Source: an uncultured Eubacteriales bacterium
Lineage (GTDB): Bacteria > Bacillota > Clostridia > Oscillospirales > Acutalibacteraceae
Reading direction: 5' to 3'
Length of the DNA stretch: 64,000 nucleotides
Assembly: GCA_934630515.1 (NCBI GenBank)
Contig: CAKTVV010000012.1
Span: 7,578-71,577 of the forward strand
In this document: piece by piece, positions 1 to 8,435 of the stretch
Numbering within the stretch: position 1 is the first letter of the stretch
Layout: the number at the start of each line of letters is the position of its first letter
The notes under the pieces: generated by a model
Databases searched by the model: none
Told to the model about the DNA's origin: nothing
Seen by the model: only the letters and a program-made list of their open reading frames with translations
Program-made: the position numbers and the translations under genes

Positions 1-249
1 CGGGTCTGCATCCGGCTGCGCTCGGATGTGGATGCTCTTCTCCGGCTGGATACGCCGACCGCCGGGGAGGATACCGTAAATTTTCCGCAGGACAGTAAGG
101 ATATCGTAATTACCCAAAAGTCCGCAAAGCGTGCGGACAAGGTCTTTACTGTCAATGTTATCAACAGCGGCGAACCGCTGCGTTTTCTTTTTCAAATGCG
201 ATATAATTATATCCATGTTAAGCGTTATCGTCAACAGGAGGAACGGCCG

Positions 250-900
250 ATGTATTTTGCCTACGGAGAAACGGAGCTGGCGTACCTGCGCCAAAAGGAT
301 GAGCGGCTGTGCGCCGTAATCGACGCTGTCGGACACATCGACCGCCCGGTGGACAAGGATCTGTTTTCCTCTGTGGTACACCACATCATCGGACAGCAGA
401 TCTCCACAAAAGCGCAGGCCACCATCTGGCAGCGGCTGCAGGACGCACTCGGCACGGTCAGCGCCGAGACCGTGCTGGCCGCCGGAGTGCCCCGGCTGCA
501 GGCGCTGGGCATGACCTTTCGCAAGGCGGAATACATCACGGACTTTGCGACGCAGGTGCACAGCGGTGCATTTGATCCGGCAGCCGTGGAGACGATGCCG
601 GATGCCGACGCCATCCGGGCGCTGTGTGCGCTGAAAGGGATCGGCGTCTGGACGGCGGAGATGATCCTGCTGTTCTGTCTGCAGCGCCCGAACGTTTTCA
701 GCTACGACGATCTGGCGATCCAGCGGGGGCTGCGCATGGTATACCATCACCGTGCCATTGACCGCCGGCTGTTTGAAAAATACCGCCGGCGGTTCAGCCC
801 CTATTGCAGCGTGGCGAGCCTGTATCTGTGGGCGGCAGCCGGCGGCGCCGTGCCGGGGCTGCGGGACTATAAGCCCGCCGCCAAGACCGGCGGAAAATGA
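250..900 (+). CDS. alkA: DNA-3-methyladenine glycosylase II family protein (HhH-GPD)
   Basis: Part of track ORF 28..900. AGGAGG at 235-240 precedes ATG 250. The N-terminus MYFAYGETELAYL... and the motifs IIGQQISTKAQATIW and GIGVWTAEMILLF match short Firmicute AlkA-type glycosylases. Confidence 0.8.
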   Translation: MYFAYGETELAYLRQKDERLCAVIDAVGHIDRPVDKDLFSSVVHHIIGQQISTKAQATIWQRLQDALGTVSAETVLAAGVPRLQALGMTFRKAEYITDFATQVHSGAFDPAAVETMPDADAIRALCALKGIGVWTAEMILLFCLQRPNVFSYDDLAIQRGLRMVYHHRAIDRRLFEKYRRRFSPYCSVASLYLWAAAGGAVPGLRDYKPAAKTGGK

Positions 901-940
901 CCGGGCATAAACCGACGGCTTTTTTTCGGAGGTGCAAGAG

Positions 941-1474
941 ATGACCTGTATCCAGCATTACCGCTCCCCGCTGGGCGGCATTTTACTGGCGGCGGACGAG
1001 GACGGGCTGACCGGACTGTGGTTCGACGGACAAAAATACTACGCCGACACGCTGCCGCCGGACGCCGCCGAGGAGGAGACCCCGGCGCTGACGGCTGCCA
1101 AGCGGTGGCTGGATGTATATTTCACCGGTCGGCAGCCCGCCTTCATGCCCCCGCTGCACCCCATCGGTTCACCGTTCCGGCAGGCGGTGTGGCAGCTCCT
1201 GCTGCAGATCCCCTACGGGCAGACCACGACCTACGGGGCGATCGCCCGGCAGCTGGCTGCCGGACAGGGTCTGCCGAGCGTATCGGCGCAGGCGGTGGGC
1301 GGCGCCGTAGGACACAACCGGATCTCCATCCTCATTCCCTGTCACCGGGTCGTCGGCACGGGGGGCAGTCTAACCGGGTATGCCGGCGGCATCGATAAAA
1401 AAATTCAGCTGCTTACATGGGAGCATACCGATATGAGCGGCTTTTTCGTACCGAAAAAAGGTACGGCACTTTGA
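941..1474 (+). CDS. ogt: methylated-DNA--protein-cysteine methyltransferase
   Basis: PCHRVVG active-site motif. GGAGGTG RBS lies about 6 nt before ATG 941 (the track ORF starts at GTG 932). It sits directly after alkA. Confidence 0.9.
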   Translation: MTCIQHYRSPLGGILLAADEDGLTGLWFDGQKYYADTLPPDAAEEETPALTAAKRWLDVYFTGRQPAFMPPLHPIGSPFRQAVWQLLLQIPYGQTTTYGAIARQLAAGQGLPSVSAQAVGGAVGHNRISILIPCHRVVGTGGSLTGYAGGIDKKIQLLTWEHTDMSGFFVPKKGTAL

Positions 1475-1487
1475 TGGAGGGATACTG

Positions 1488-1991
1488 ATGCTGGTAGCTA
1501 CGGCAATTGAACGCATGATCGCCTTTTACAAGGGGGATCTCCACGACGTCAGCCACTTTCTCAAGGTGTGGGCGCTGGCAAAGACCATCGGCGAGCAGGA
1601 GCGGCTGGAGGAGCCGGTACAGCTGACACTGGAGCTGGCGGCGGTGGTACACGACATTGCCTGCCCCCTCTGCCGGGAGAAATACGGTGACGTGCACGGG
1701 CACCATCAGGAGCTGGAAAGTCCGCCGCTGGTGCAGGCGTTTCTGACAGAGCTGCCGGTCCCGGCGCCGATGGCGGAGCGCATCACATGGCTGGTGGCGC
1801 ATCACCACACCTATGCGCCGGTGGACGGCTTGGATCACCGGATCCTGCTGGAGGCGGATTTTTTGGTAAATGCCGGGGAAAGCGGCTATTCCCCGACGGC
1901 GATCGACAACGCCCGGCAAAGGGTGTTCCGGACCGCCGCCGGGCTCCGTCTGCTGGATACGCTGTATCGGGGAGGTGCCGCTGGCACATGA
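1488..1991 (+). CDS. HD domain-containing protein
   Basis: H..HD-type metal motif (AAVVHDIACP, VAHHH). GGAGGG RBS precedes ATG 1488. Confidence 0.75.
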   Translation: MLVATAIERMIAFYKGDLHDVSHFLKVWALAKTIGEQERLEEPVQLTLELAAVVHDIACPLCREKYGDVHGHHQELESPPLVQAFLTELPVPAPMAERITWLVAHHHTYAPVDGLDHRILLEADFLVNAGESGYSPTAIDNARQRVFRTAAGLRLLDTLYRGGAAGT

Positions 1992-2764
1992 GCTCCTCGA
2001 ACCAAGCGGAAATTCAAGCATCCTTCACCTGTCAGGCAGAGGACTTTGAGAGCCGCCGCATGAGCTTCTCCAAGGCGGACTATCTGGCGTATGTGGTGTC
2101 GAAAATAGCGCCGACAAAGGAGGCGACGGTTCTGGAGGTGGCGGCCGGCACCGGTGTCTGCGGCCGGGCATTGGCGCCCCACGTCCGCCGGGTGACCTGT
2201 CTGGATATGACCCCCGCCATGCTGGCGGTAGGCAAGGCGCAGGCAGAACAGGCGGGGCTGAACCATATGTCCTTTGTCCTCGGAGATGCCGCTGCGCTGC
2301 CGTTTCCGGACGTCGGCTTCGATATCGTCCTCTCCCGGCTGGCGTTTCACCATTTTCCGGCTGTGGAGCCGCCCTTTGCGGAGATGGTGCGGGGGCTGCG
2401 GCCGGGCGGCAGACTGTTGCTCATCGACATGGAGGCATCCGCCGAGCCGCTGCGGGAGAGCCGGGATCGGATCGAGCAGCTGCGGGATCCCTCCCACGTC
2501 CGCAATTGCAGTCGGACGGAGCTGCTGGCGCTGTACGCCGCCCACGGGCTTACCGCAGACTGCTGCGAGACGACCCGCATCCCGGTGGATGCAGAGAGCT
2601 GGCTGGAGCTGACCCACACGCCTCCACCGGTGCGGGAGGAGATACGGCGGCGGTTCACCGACGAGCTCAACGGCGGAGAAAAAACCGGCTTTGCGCCCTA
2701 CACCGTTTCCGGACAGCTGCGCTTTGACCAGCAGTGGCTGCTGCTTATCGGACGGAAAGGATAA
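1988..2764 (+). CDS. class I SAM-dependent methyltransferase
   Basis: ATG 1988 overlaps the HD gene stop (ATGA). SAM motif I VLEVAAGTG and the LLLIDM post-I region are present. The track ORF start at 1787 is an out-of-context extension. Confidence 0.85.
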   Translation: MSSSNQAEIQASFTCQAEDFESRRMSFSKADYLAYVVSKIAPTKEATVLEVAAGTGVCGRALAPHVRRVTCLDMTPAMLAVGKAQAEQAGLNHMSFVLGDAAALPFPDVGFDIVLSRLAFHHFPAVEPPFAEMVRGLRPGGRLLLIDMEASAEPLRESRDRIEQLRDPSHVRNCSRTELLALYAAHGLTADCCETTRIPVDAESWLELTHTPPPVREEIRRRFTDELNGGEKTGFAPYTVSGQLRFDQQWLLLIGRKG

Positions 2765-2822
2765 TGTCGAACGCAGCCGGGTACACAGACGGAATTTTTG
2801 CCGCCGCACACCATTTCCGGGG

Positions 2823-2851
2823 TTGAATTTTCACGGAAGGTGTGGTATACT
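2823..2851 (+). promoter_or_regulatory. sigma-A-type promoter upstream of eutS
   Basis: TTGAAT (2823-2828), a 17-nt spacer, then TGg-TATACT (2846-2851). Confidence 0.55.
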
Positions 2852-2881
2852 GCTTTAGTATGAAGAAAGGAGGCGATCGCC

Positions 2882-3241
2882 GTGGACATTCAGGATAAGA
2901 TGCGCTTGGTACAGGAGCTGGTACCGGGCAAGCAGATCACCATCTGCCATGTGATCGCCAACCCCGACGCCGTCATCTATCGTAAGCTGGGGCTGGATCC
3001 GGCAGTAGATTACAGCCGGGCTGCCATCGGCATCGTCACCATGTCCCCCGCCGAGACCGCCATCATCGCCGGCGATATTGCCATCAAGACCGCCGGGGTG
3101 GAGCTGGGCTTCGTGGATCGGTTCAGCGGCACGCTGATCGTCACCGGACGGGTCTCCGAGGTGGAGGCGGCGCTGCGGGCGCTGAGCGACTATTGCCGGG
3201 ATACTCTGGGTTTCACAGTCTGCGACATCACCCGCACATGA
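2882..3241 (+). CDS. eutS: bacterial microcompartment shell protein, EutS/PduU type
   Basis: GTG start after a GAAAGGAGG RBS. It aligns by eye over its full length to EutS (VPGKQ.T..H.IA, IG..T..P.E.A.IAGD.A.K, GF.DRFSG.L...G). Confidence 0.85.
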   Translation: MDIQDKMRLVQELVPGKQITICHVIANPDAVIYRKLGLDPAVDYSRAAIGIVTMSPAETAIIAGDIAIKTAGVELGFVDRFSGTLIVTGRVSEVEAALRALSDYCRDTLGFTVCDITRT

Positions 3242-3708
3242 AAAAGATCATCCTCATGGGACGGGTCTCCGCCGGGAAAACTACGCTCACTCAGGCGCTG
3301 CGGGGCGAAAGCATCCGCTATGAAAAGACCCAGTATATTCACCACACCGATGTGGTCATCGACACCCCCGGAGAATATGCAGAGACCGCTCATCTGGGGC
3401 GAGCACTGGCGCTGTATACCTATGAAGCGGATGTGGTGGGGCTGCTGCTCAGCGCCACCGAGCCGTACAGCCTGTATCCCCCCTGTGTGACCTCCTCATG
3501 CAACCGACCGGTCATCGGCATCGTCACCCATATCCACGCCCCCGACGGCGATCCCGCCCGGGCGGAGCGCTGGCTGCGTCTGGCAGGCTGCCGGACGGTG
3601 TTTTGGGTAGACAGCACCACCGGCGAGGGGATCGATCCCATTTTGCAGTATCTGTCCGGCGAGGAGCCGCCGGAGACTGCCCGTATCCCGTCTGAACCCA
3701 AAGGATAA
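3238..3708 (+). CDS. eutP: EutP/PduV family GTPase
   Basis: P-loop GRVSAGKTTL and DTPGE motif. ATG 3238 overlaps the eutS stop (ATGA). Confidence 0.85.
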   Translation: MKKIILMGRVSAGKTTLTQALRGESIRYEKTQYIHHTDVVIDTPGEYAETAHLGRALALYTYEADVVGLLLSATEPYSLYPPCVTSSCNRPVIGIVTHIHAPDGDPARAERWLRLAGCRTVFWVDSTTGEGIDPILQYLSGEEPPETARIPSEPKG

Positions 3709-3739
3709 AGCCAACCGACACGTTCGGTTGGCTTTTTTT
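3709..3739 (+). terminator. rho-independent terminator of eutP
   Basis: Stem AGCCAACCGA / TCGGTTGGCT with a 5-nt loop, followed by a 7-T run. Confidence 0.8.
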
Positions 3740-3761
3740 GCGGTGCCGGTCGGCACCGCTG

Positions 3762-3875
3762 CCGTTAAGGGTACCAAGTTGTGTGGATACACCGGATGCG
3801 GCTCGAATACAGGAGCAGTCAATGCCGCTGCCCACAGGGAAACTAACTGCGTGGGTACACCGGATATGGCTCGAC
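3762..3875. repeat. structured repeat units U0 (degenerate, 3762-3807) and U1 (3818-3875)
   Basis: U1 is GTCAATGCCGCTG-CCCAC-AGGGAAACTAACTGC-GTGGG-TACACCGGATATGGCTCGAC. U0 carries the same tail (GGATACACCGGATGCGGCTCGAA) and a decayed hairpin. Confidence 0.6.
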
Positions 3876-4122
3876 GGCGGTTGCCGCCGGCGCTGGTATC
3901 TGCAGGAAAACCGCTGTGCGGTGCGCCGGGGGCAGCTCTGCAGCGGAGAGGTAGCGTTCACCAGCACTGGTATCTGCGATAAAACAAGCCTTGTTCTATG
4001 CCTTGTCCCCGGCTTTTTTCCCGCTCCCGCACATTTTTCGCCCCGCTGCTCGGATTTTTCGCTTTTTGGGGGTACATAGTTCCGTGTTCCGCTTTCTGAA
4101 AACAGGCTTGCCAGCGGTTACC

Positions 4123-4180
4123 GTCAATCCGGCTACCCACAGGGAAACCGACTGCGTGGGTGCGCCGAGTGCGGTTCGAC
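4123..4180. repeat. structured repeat unit U2
   Basis: GTCAATCCGGCTA-CCCAC-AGGGAAACCGACTGC-GTGGG-TGCGCCGAGTGCGGTTCGAC. It is collinear with U1 and has the same 5-bp stem and 15-nt loop. Confidence 0.6.
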
Positions 4181-4220
4181 AGCGGTGCCGCTTTGGGGGG
4201 CTGGATATCACAGCGCACAC

Positions 4221-4257
4221 AAAAGGAGACCGCCGCCCGTAAACGGACGGCGGTCTC
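4221..4257 (-). terminator. rho-independent terminator of mrp
   Basis: GAGACCGCCG...CGGCGGTCTC stem (4226-4257), followed on the minus strand by a T run (plus-strand AAAA at 4221-4224). Confidence 0.7.
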
Positions 4258-4304
4258 TTTATCGAAGCGATCCGAAACAAGGGAGGGAGTCCGAACCGCA
4301 GAAG
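4258..4304 (-). repeat. 3'-UTR motif, copy A (anti-SD-like CUCCCUCCCUU core)
   Basis: The plus strand reads tccgaaacaagggagggagtccgaaccgcagaag (4271-4304) plus a similar flank. It lies between the mrp stop and its terminator and is near-identical to 16027-16060. Confidence 0.6.
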
Positions 4305-4341
4305 AAAGCAACAGGTAAATGGGTGCACTATTGCGCCGGTG

Positions 4342-5163
4342 TTATTGCAGCAGCGCCTCCACAGCGTCGGCAGCAGGCTCCAGCTCCTCGCAGACCACCC
4401 GCTCGATCTCGCCGCTGTCACACAGCGCCGCCACAGCCGCATCCATCGGCAGCCGTGCCAGCACCGGCAGACCCAGCTCAGCCGCCGCTGCATCCAGCGC
4501 CTTGCCATCCCCGAACAGCGGGATCTGCTTCCCGCAATCGGGGCAGGTCACATAGCTCATGTTTTCCACAAAGCCCAACACGGGGATATCCAGCATCTCC
4601 GCCATGCGGCGTGCCTTACCCACCACCATCTGCACCAGGCTCTGGGGGGTGGTGACCACCACATTGCCGTCCAGCGGGATGCTCTGATACACCGTCAGCG
4701 GAATATCGCCGGTGCCGGGGGGCATATCGATGAACAGCACATCCAGCTCCCCCCAGACCACGTCCGTCCAGAACTGGGTGACCGCACCCGCCACCACGGG
4801 ACCGCGCCATACCACCGGCTGGTTCTCATCCTCCAGCAGCAGATTGATGCTCATCACCTTGATCCCCATATGGGTCTCTGCCGGGAGAATGCCCAAATCG
4901 TTGGCCTGCGCCCGGCAGGTCAGCCCAAATGCCTTGGGAATGGACGGACCGGTGATATCGGCGTCCAGCACGCCCACCTTATAGCCCCGCCGGGCCATGA
5001 GGGTCGCCAGCATGGCGGTGACGGAGGATTTACCAACTCCGCCCTTGCCGCTGCTGACCGCTACCACCTTTTTGATCTGGCTGTATTGATTCAGCTTCGC
5101 CCGCAGATCCTGCTGGTCGCATTTCTGCCCGCAGGAGCTGCAATCGTGGGTACATTCGCTCAT
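4342..5163 (-). CDS. Mrp/NBP35 family ATP-binding protein (Fe-S cluster carrier)
   Basis: SGKGGVGKSS deviant Walker A, an N-terminal Cys cluster and a C-terminal CPDCG motif. GAGGAG RBS. Confidence 0.9.
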   Translation of the reverse strand: MSECTHDCSSCGQKCDQQDLRAKLNQYSQIKKVVAVSSGKGGVGKSSVTAMLATLMARRGYKVGVLDADITGPSIPKAFGLTCRAQANDLGILPAETHMGIKVMSINLLLEDENQPVVWRGPVVAGAVTQFWTDVVWGELDVLFIDMPPGTGDIPLTVYQSIPLDGNVVVTTPQSLVQMVVGKARRMAEMLDIPVLGFVENMSYVTCPDCGKQIPLFGDGKALDAAAAELGLPVLARLPMDAAVAALCDSGEIERVVCEELEPAADAVEALLQ

Positions 5164-5187
5164 GTCATTCGCTCCTCATATCTATAC

Positions 5188-5736
5188 TTACAGCTTACTC
5201 TCATCGTAAACCGCCCGGCAGCCGCCGATGAATTTCGGACGGGTGCGGGCGCACAGCAGCAGCGCTGCGCCGATCTGCTTCAGGGACAGCCGCACCGGCA
5301 CCGCCACGGGGCGCAGGTGCATCCCGATCAAAGTGCCGCCGATGTCCAGCCCGGCGTGTGCCTGCACCCGCTCCACCGCCACCGGGTGCTGCAGCCGCTG
5401 CCAGGCGGTGGTGGCAAAGGAGCCGCCCGCCTTGGGCTGGGGCAGCACATTCACCGGCTCCAGCCCATAGGTGCGTGCCGCCTCCGCCTCCAAAACGATC
5501 GCCCGGTTGAGGTGCTCGCAGCATTGCGCCGCCAGATACAGCCCGTTTTCCTGCAGCACCGGCAGGATGCCGTCCATAACCGCACCGGCAGCGTCCATGC
5601 TGGAGCCGGTGCCGATCCGCTCCCCCAGCACCTCGCTGGAGGAACAGCCCACCACCACGATGTCGCCCGGCTGCAGCCGGGCTGTCTCCAGCAGCTCGGT
5701 GATCGCCTGCCGTGCCTGTTCGGTGATCTCTTTCAT
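5188..5736 (-). CDS. TIGR01440 (UPF0340) family protein
   Basis: VVVGCSSSEV and AAQCCEHLNRA signature stretches. ATG 5736 (MKEITEQ) has an AGAGGG RBS; the track start at 5784 is less likely. Confidence 0.8.
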   Translation of the reverse strand: MKEITEQARQAITELLETARLQPGDIVVVGCSSSEVLGERIGTGSSMDAAGAVMDGILPVLQENGLYLAAQCCEHLNRAIVLEAEAARTYGLEPVNVLPQPKAGGSFATTAWQRLQHPVAVERVQAHAGLDIGGTLIGMHLRPVAVPVRLSLKQIGAALLLCARTRPKFIGGCRAVYDESKL

Positions 5737-5794
5737 ACTTCTGACCCTCTTCTTTATAACGGAATCCTCGCCGTCCGGCAGCAAAAGCGGAGCG

Positions 5795-6505
5795 TTACCG
5801 TTCCGCTGCGTCTACCTCCCGGTAGCCGCCGGCTTCCTCCACGGCGTCCATGATCTTCCTGTATATCGGCGCCAGCGCCTCAAACCCGGCGATCAGCCGC
5901 TCCGGCAGCCCGGCGTCCGCCACAAATTCCGGCGGCTCGCTGCAGGATAGCTCGATGCTGCGGCAATCGTACAGGGGGCGCAGCAGCGCCGGGGTATCCG
6001 CCCCGCTGCGGGGGCGGGCATAGGGGTCGCCGCCCAAGGTGAATCCCGCTTTTTGCGCTTTTTTCACCGCCCGGAGCATTCCGGCGGGGTCTGCGTCGGT
6101 GCGCCGGCGCAGACACTGCATGATCGTCGGGGTCGCCCGGTAAAAGCCCACGCCCCATTCCGCCCGGCGCAGGGAAAAATCCAGATAAAACGCCGGGATG
6201 GTCTCCCAGGTATGCTTGTCCCGCATAAACGCCACCCACAGATTCTCCCGGTACATGGATTTGTCGTGGGTATAACGGTTATCCCGCCGCACCCGGCTGA
6301 CGCAGCCGTTGGTGAGGGGGTCGGTGACGATCAGCGGATCGATCCGGTGCATGGCAGGCGCCACATCCGCCACCAACCGCCGCAAGGGGTCGATGGCGCC
6401 CGCCTTGATGGCAGCCTTATGCTCCTCATAAAAGCTCTTGCTGTCCTGAAAGCGGTTCTCCGCCAGCAGAAACAGGATCTCCGAGGAAATGCCCTCATAT
6501 TGCAT
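5795..6505 (-). CDS. DUF2461 (TIGR02453) family protein
   Basis: The stretch SRVRRDNRYTHDKSMYRENLW is typical of DUF2461. Start 6505 (MQYEGIS) has an AAAGGAAG RBS at about 10 nt; start 6526 is possible. Confidence 0.75.
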   Translation of the reverse strand: MQYEGISSEILFLLAENRFQDSKSFYEEHKAAIKAGAIDPLRRLVADVAPAMHRIDPLIVTDPLTNGCVSRVRRDNRYTHDKSMYRENLWVAFMRDKHTWETIPAFYLDFSLRRAEWGVGFYRATPTIMQCLRRRTDADPAGMLRAVKKAQKAGFTLGGDPYARPRSGADTPALLRPLYDCRSIELSCSEPPEFVADAGLPERLIAGFEALAPIYRKIMDAVEEAGGYREVDAAER

Positions 6506-6580
6506 AGCGCTATGGCTTCCTTTCATTACCTCACGGCTAAACGGCTCTTAAAGCCGACGAACCGCCGTCTCTTGCCGCCG

Positions 6581-7495
6581 TTATTTTTCTGCCCCTTTCC
6601 GATGGGGAGCGGGCAGCTGTGCCAGCACGATGGCGGCGAACATCAGCCCGGAGCCGATCCATTCGTACACGCCCATATTGCCGCTGCCGATCAGCCAGCC
6701 TGCCAGCGCCCCGAACACCGATTCCAGACTCATCAGCAGGGAGGCGGTGGTGGGGTTGGTATCCCGCTGCCCCAGGATCTGCAGCGTATAGCCTACGCCG
6801 CTGGACATCAGCCCCAGATACAGCAGCTCCGGCAGGTGAGCGAGAATGACCGCCCCGGTGGGACGCTCGATCAGCAGCATCAGCGGCAAATTCAGTATGC
6901 CCACCACAAGGAATTGCATACGGGACAGCCGCACACCGTCCACCAGCGGCGCAAAATGATCCACCAGCAGGATCTGCACGGCGAACGCCAGCGCACACAG
7001 CAGCAGCAGCGCCTCGCCCCGGCCGAAGCCGGTCTCGCCCATGGCGCACAGCAGATACAGCCCGCCCGCCGCCAGCACCACGCCAAGCCAAGTCAGCACC
7101 GGCACCCGCCGCCGGAAAAACAGCCCCAGCAGCGGCACCAGCACAATATAAAGAGCGGTGATGAAAGCACTCTTACCCTCCGTCACACCCGGCACGTTGA
7201 TGCCCAACTGCTGAAGGTTGGTGGCGGCGAACATCGCCAGCCCGCACAAAAGACCGCCGATGAGCAGCAGCCGTTTTTCGGCAGGCCCGGTGGGACGGCG
7301 GCTGATCCCCGCTTTATCCATCACGGGCAGCGCCAGCGACAGCCCGGCGGCGCAGATAAGGGAGCGCAGTCCGTTGCAGGTCAGCGCCCCCAGCGCATCG
7401 CCGCCGCTCTTCTGCGCTACAAACGCCACACCCCAGATAAACGCTGTCACCAGCAGCATCAGGTTGCCCCGCAGCCGCTTTTTCCGCTCCGCCAT
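6581..7495 (-). CDS. DMT/EamA family transporter
   Basis: About ten hydrophobic helices in a duplicated EamA-like pattern. AAGGAG lies 10 nt before ATG 7495 (the track start 7522 is a TTG). Confidence 0.8.
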   Translation of the reverse strand: MAERKKRLRGNLMLLVTAFIWGVAFVAQKSGGDALGALTCNGLRSLICAAGLSLALPVMDKAGISRRPTGPAEKRLLLIGGLLCGLAMFAATNLQQLGINVPGVTEGKSAFITALYIVLVPLLGLFFRRRVPVLTWLGVVLAAGGLYLLCAMGETGFGRGEALLLLCALAFAVQILLVDHFAPLVDGVRLSRMQFLVVGILNLPLMLLIERPTGAVILAHLPELLYLGLMSSGVGYTLQILGQRDTNPTTASLLMSLESVFGALAGWLIGSGNMGVYEWIGSGLMFAAIVLAQLPAPHRKGAEK

Positions 7496-7586
7496 GATCG
7501 CAAAACTCCTTAGATCCGCCAAATACCGACTTACTTCTCCCTATTATACCACGCCGGCGGTAAAATGCAAGCCCCTGCCGGTGGAT

Positions 7587-8285
7587 TTACGGCGTGCCGT
7601 CTCCTTTTTCGTACCGTCGGCGGAGCTTGAGGAGCGCCCGGGTCTCCAGTCGGCTCACATAGGAGCGGGAGATGCCCAGCCGCTCCGCCACCTGCCACTG
7701 GGTCAGCTCCTCCCGCCCATCCAGCCCGTAGCGCAGCCGGATGATCTGCTGCTCCCGCACCTCCAGGCATTCCCGGATATACCGCCCCAGCTTTTGCACC
7801 GCCAGCTTGCGGTGGAGGTCGTCCACGATGGTATCCTCCTCCGCCAGCACATCCATGAGGGTCAGCGGCCGCCCCTCTCCGTCGGTGTCGATCGGCTCCG
7901 ACAGGGACACATCCTGCGCCGACTTTTTCCCCGCCCGGAAGTGCATCAGAATCTCATTATGAATGCAGGTGGCGGCATAGGTGGTCAGACGCCGCTCCTT
8001 TGACGGATCGAAGGTGTCCACCGCCTTGATGAGCCCGATGGTGCCGATGGACACCAGATCCTCCTGATCCCGGGCGTTGGGGTAGTGCTTTTTGATGATA
8101 TGCGCCACCAGCCGCAGATTGTGCTCGATCAAGGTCTGGCGTGCCTGCCGGTCGCCCGCCGCCATAGCGGCGAACGCCTCCCGCTCCTGCTTGGCGGTCA
8201 GCGGCTTCTCAAAGGAGCTGCCATTCACCACATGCAGCACCAGAAACAGCATCTGCGACAGCAGCTCAAAAACCGTATTCCACAT
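7587..8285 (-). CDS. sigK: sporulation sigma factor SigK (pro-sigma-K, uninterrupted)
   Basis: IEHNLRLVAHIIKK, SIGTIGLIKA, ATCIHNEILMH and GISRSYVSRLE match SigK rather than SigE. The hydrophobic pro-sequence is MWNTVFELLSQMLFLVLHVV. GGAAAGGGGAG RBS precedes ATG 8285. Confidence 0.9.
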   Translation of the reverse strand: MWNTVFELLSQMLFLVLHVVNGSSFEKPLTAKQEREAFAAMAAGDRQARQTLIEHNLRLVAHIIKKHYPNARDQEDLVSIGTIGLIKAVDTFDPSKERRLTTYAATCIHNEILMHFRAGKKSAQDVSLSEPIDTDGEGRPLTLMDVLAEEDTIVDDLHRKLAVQKLGRYIRECLEVREQQIIRLRYGLDGREELTQWQVAERLGISRSYVSRLETRALLKLRRRYEKGDGTP

Positions 8286-8345
8286 ATCGGATCTCCCCTT
8301 TCCCTCTATGCCTATGCAGCGGACAAAAACGACTTGCCAGTCCGG

Positions 8346-8374
8346 TTGACAGAAAGCGACACCTATGCTATACT
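8346..8374 (+). promoter_or_regulatory. sigma-A-type promoter for the 8436 gene
   Basis: TTGACA (8346-8351), a 17-nt spacer, then TATACT (8369-8374). Confidence 0.6.
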
Positions 8375-8435
8375 GGCAGCAAGATCGCTGTGCTCGCAAG
8401 GGCACAGCGGAAAAGAGAAAAGAGGAGTTTTCAGT

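Noticed and set aside
28-249. An in-frame N-terminal extension of alkA back to GTG/ATG 28, or a fusion to an upstream domain.
   Set aside because: A strong AGGAGG RBS precedes ATG 250. The 250 start reproduces the N-terminus of short Firmicute AlkA-type proteins. The 130-249 stretch is AT-rich and promoter-like. A fusion cannot be fully excluded because the frame is open to the window edge.
3762-4180. A possible CRISPR array or CRISPR remnant, because of the repeated hairpin units.
   Set aside because: There are only three copies, and they are imperfect and about 55-60 nt long. Spacing is irregular (about 10 nt, then about 250 nt). No cas genes are present in the window.
4281-4291. AAGGGAGGGAG here, and at 16037-16047, read on the plus strand as a Shine-Dalgarno site for a small plus-strand ORF.
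   Set aside because: No ATG, GTG or TTG lies within 4-15 nt downstream at either site. Both copies lie inside the 3' UTRs of minus-strand operons. I therefore read the motif on the minus strand as an anti-SD-like element.
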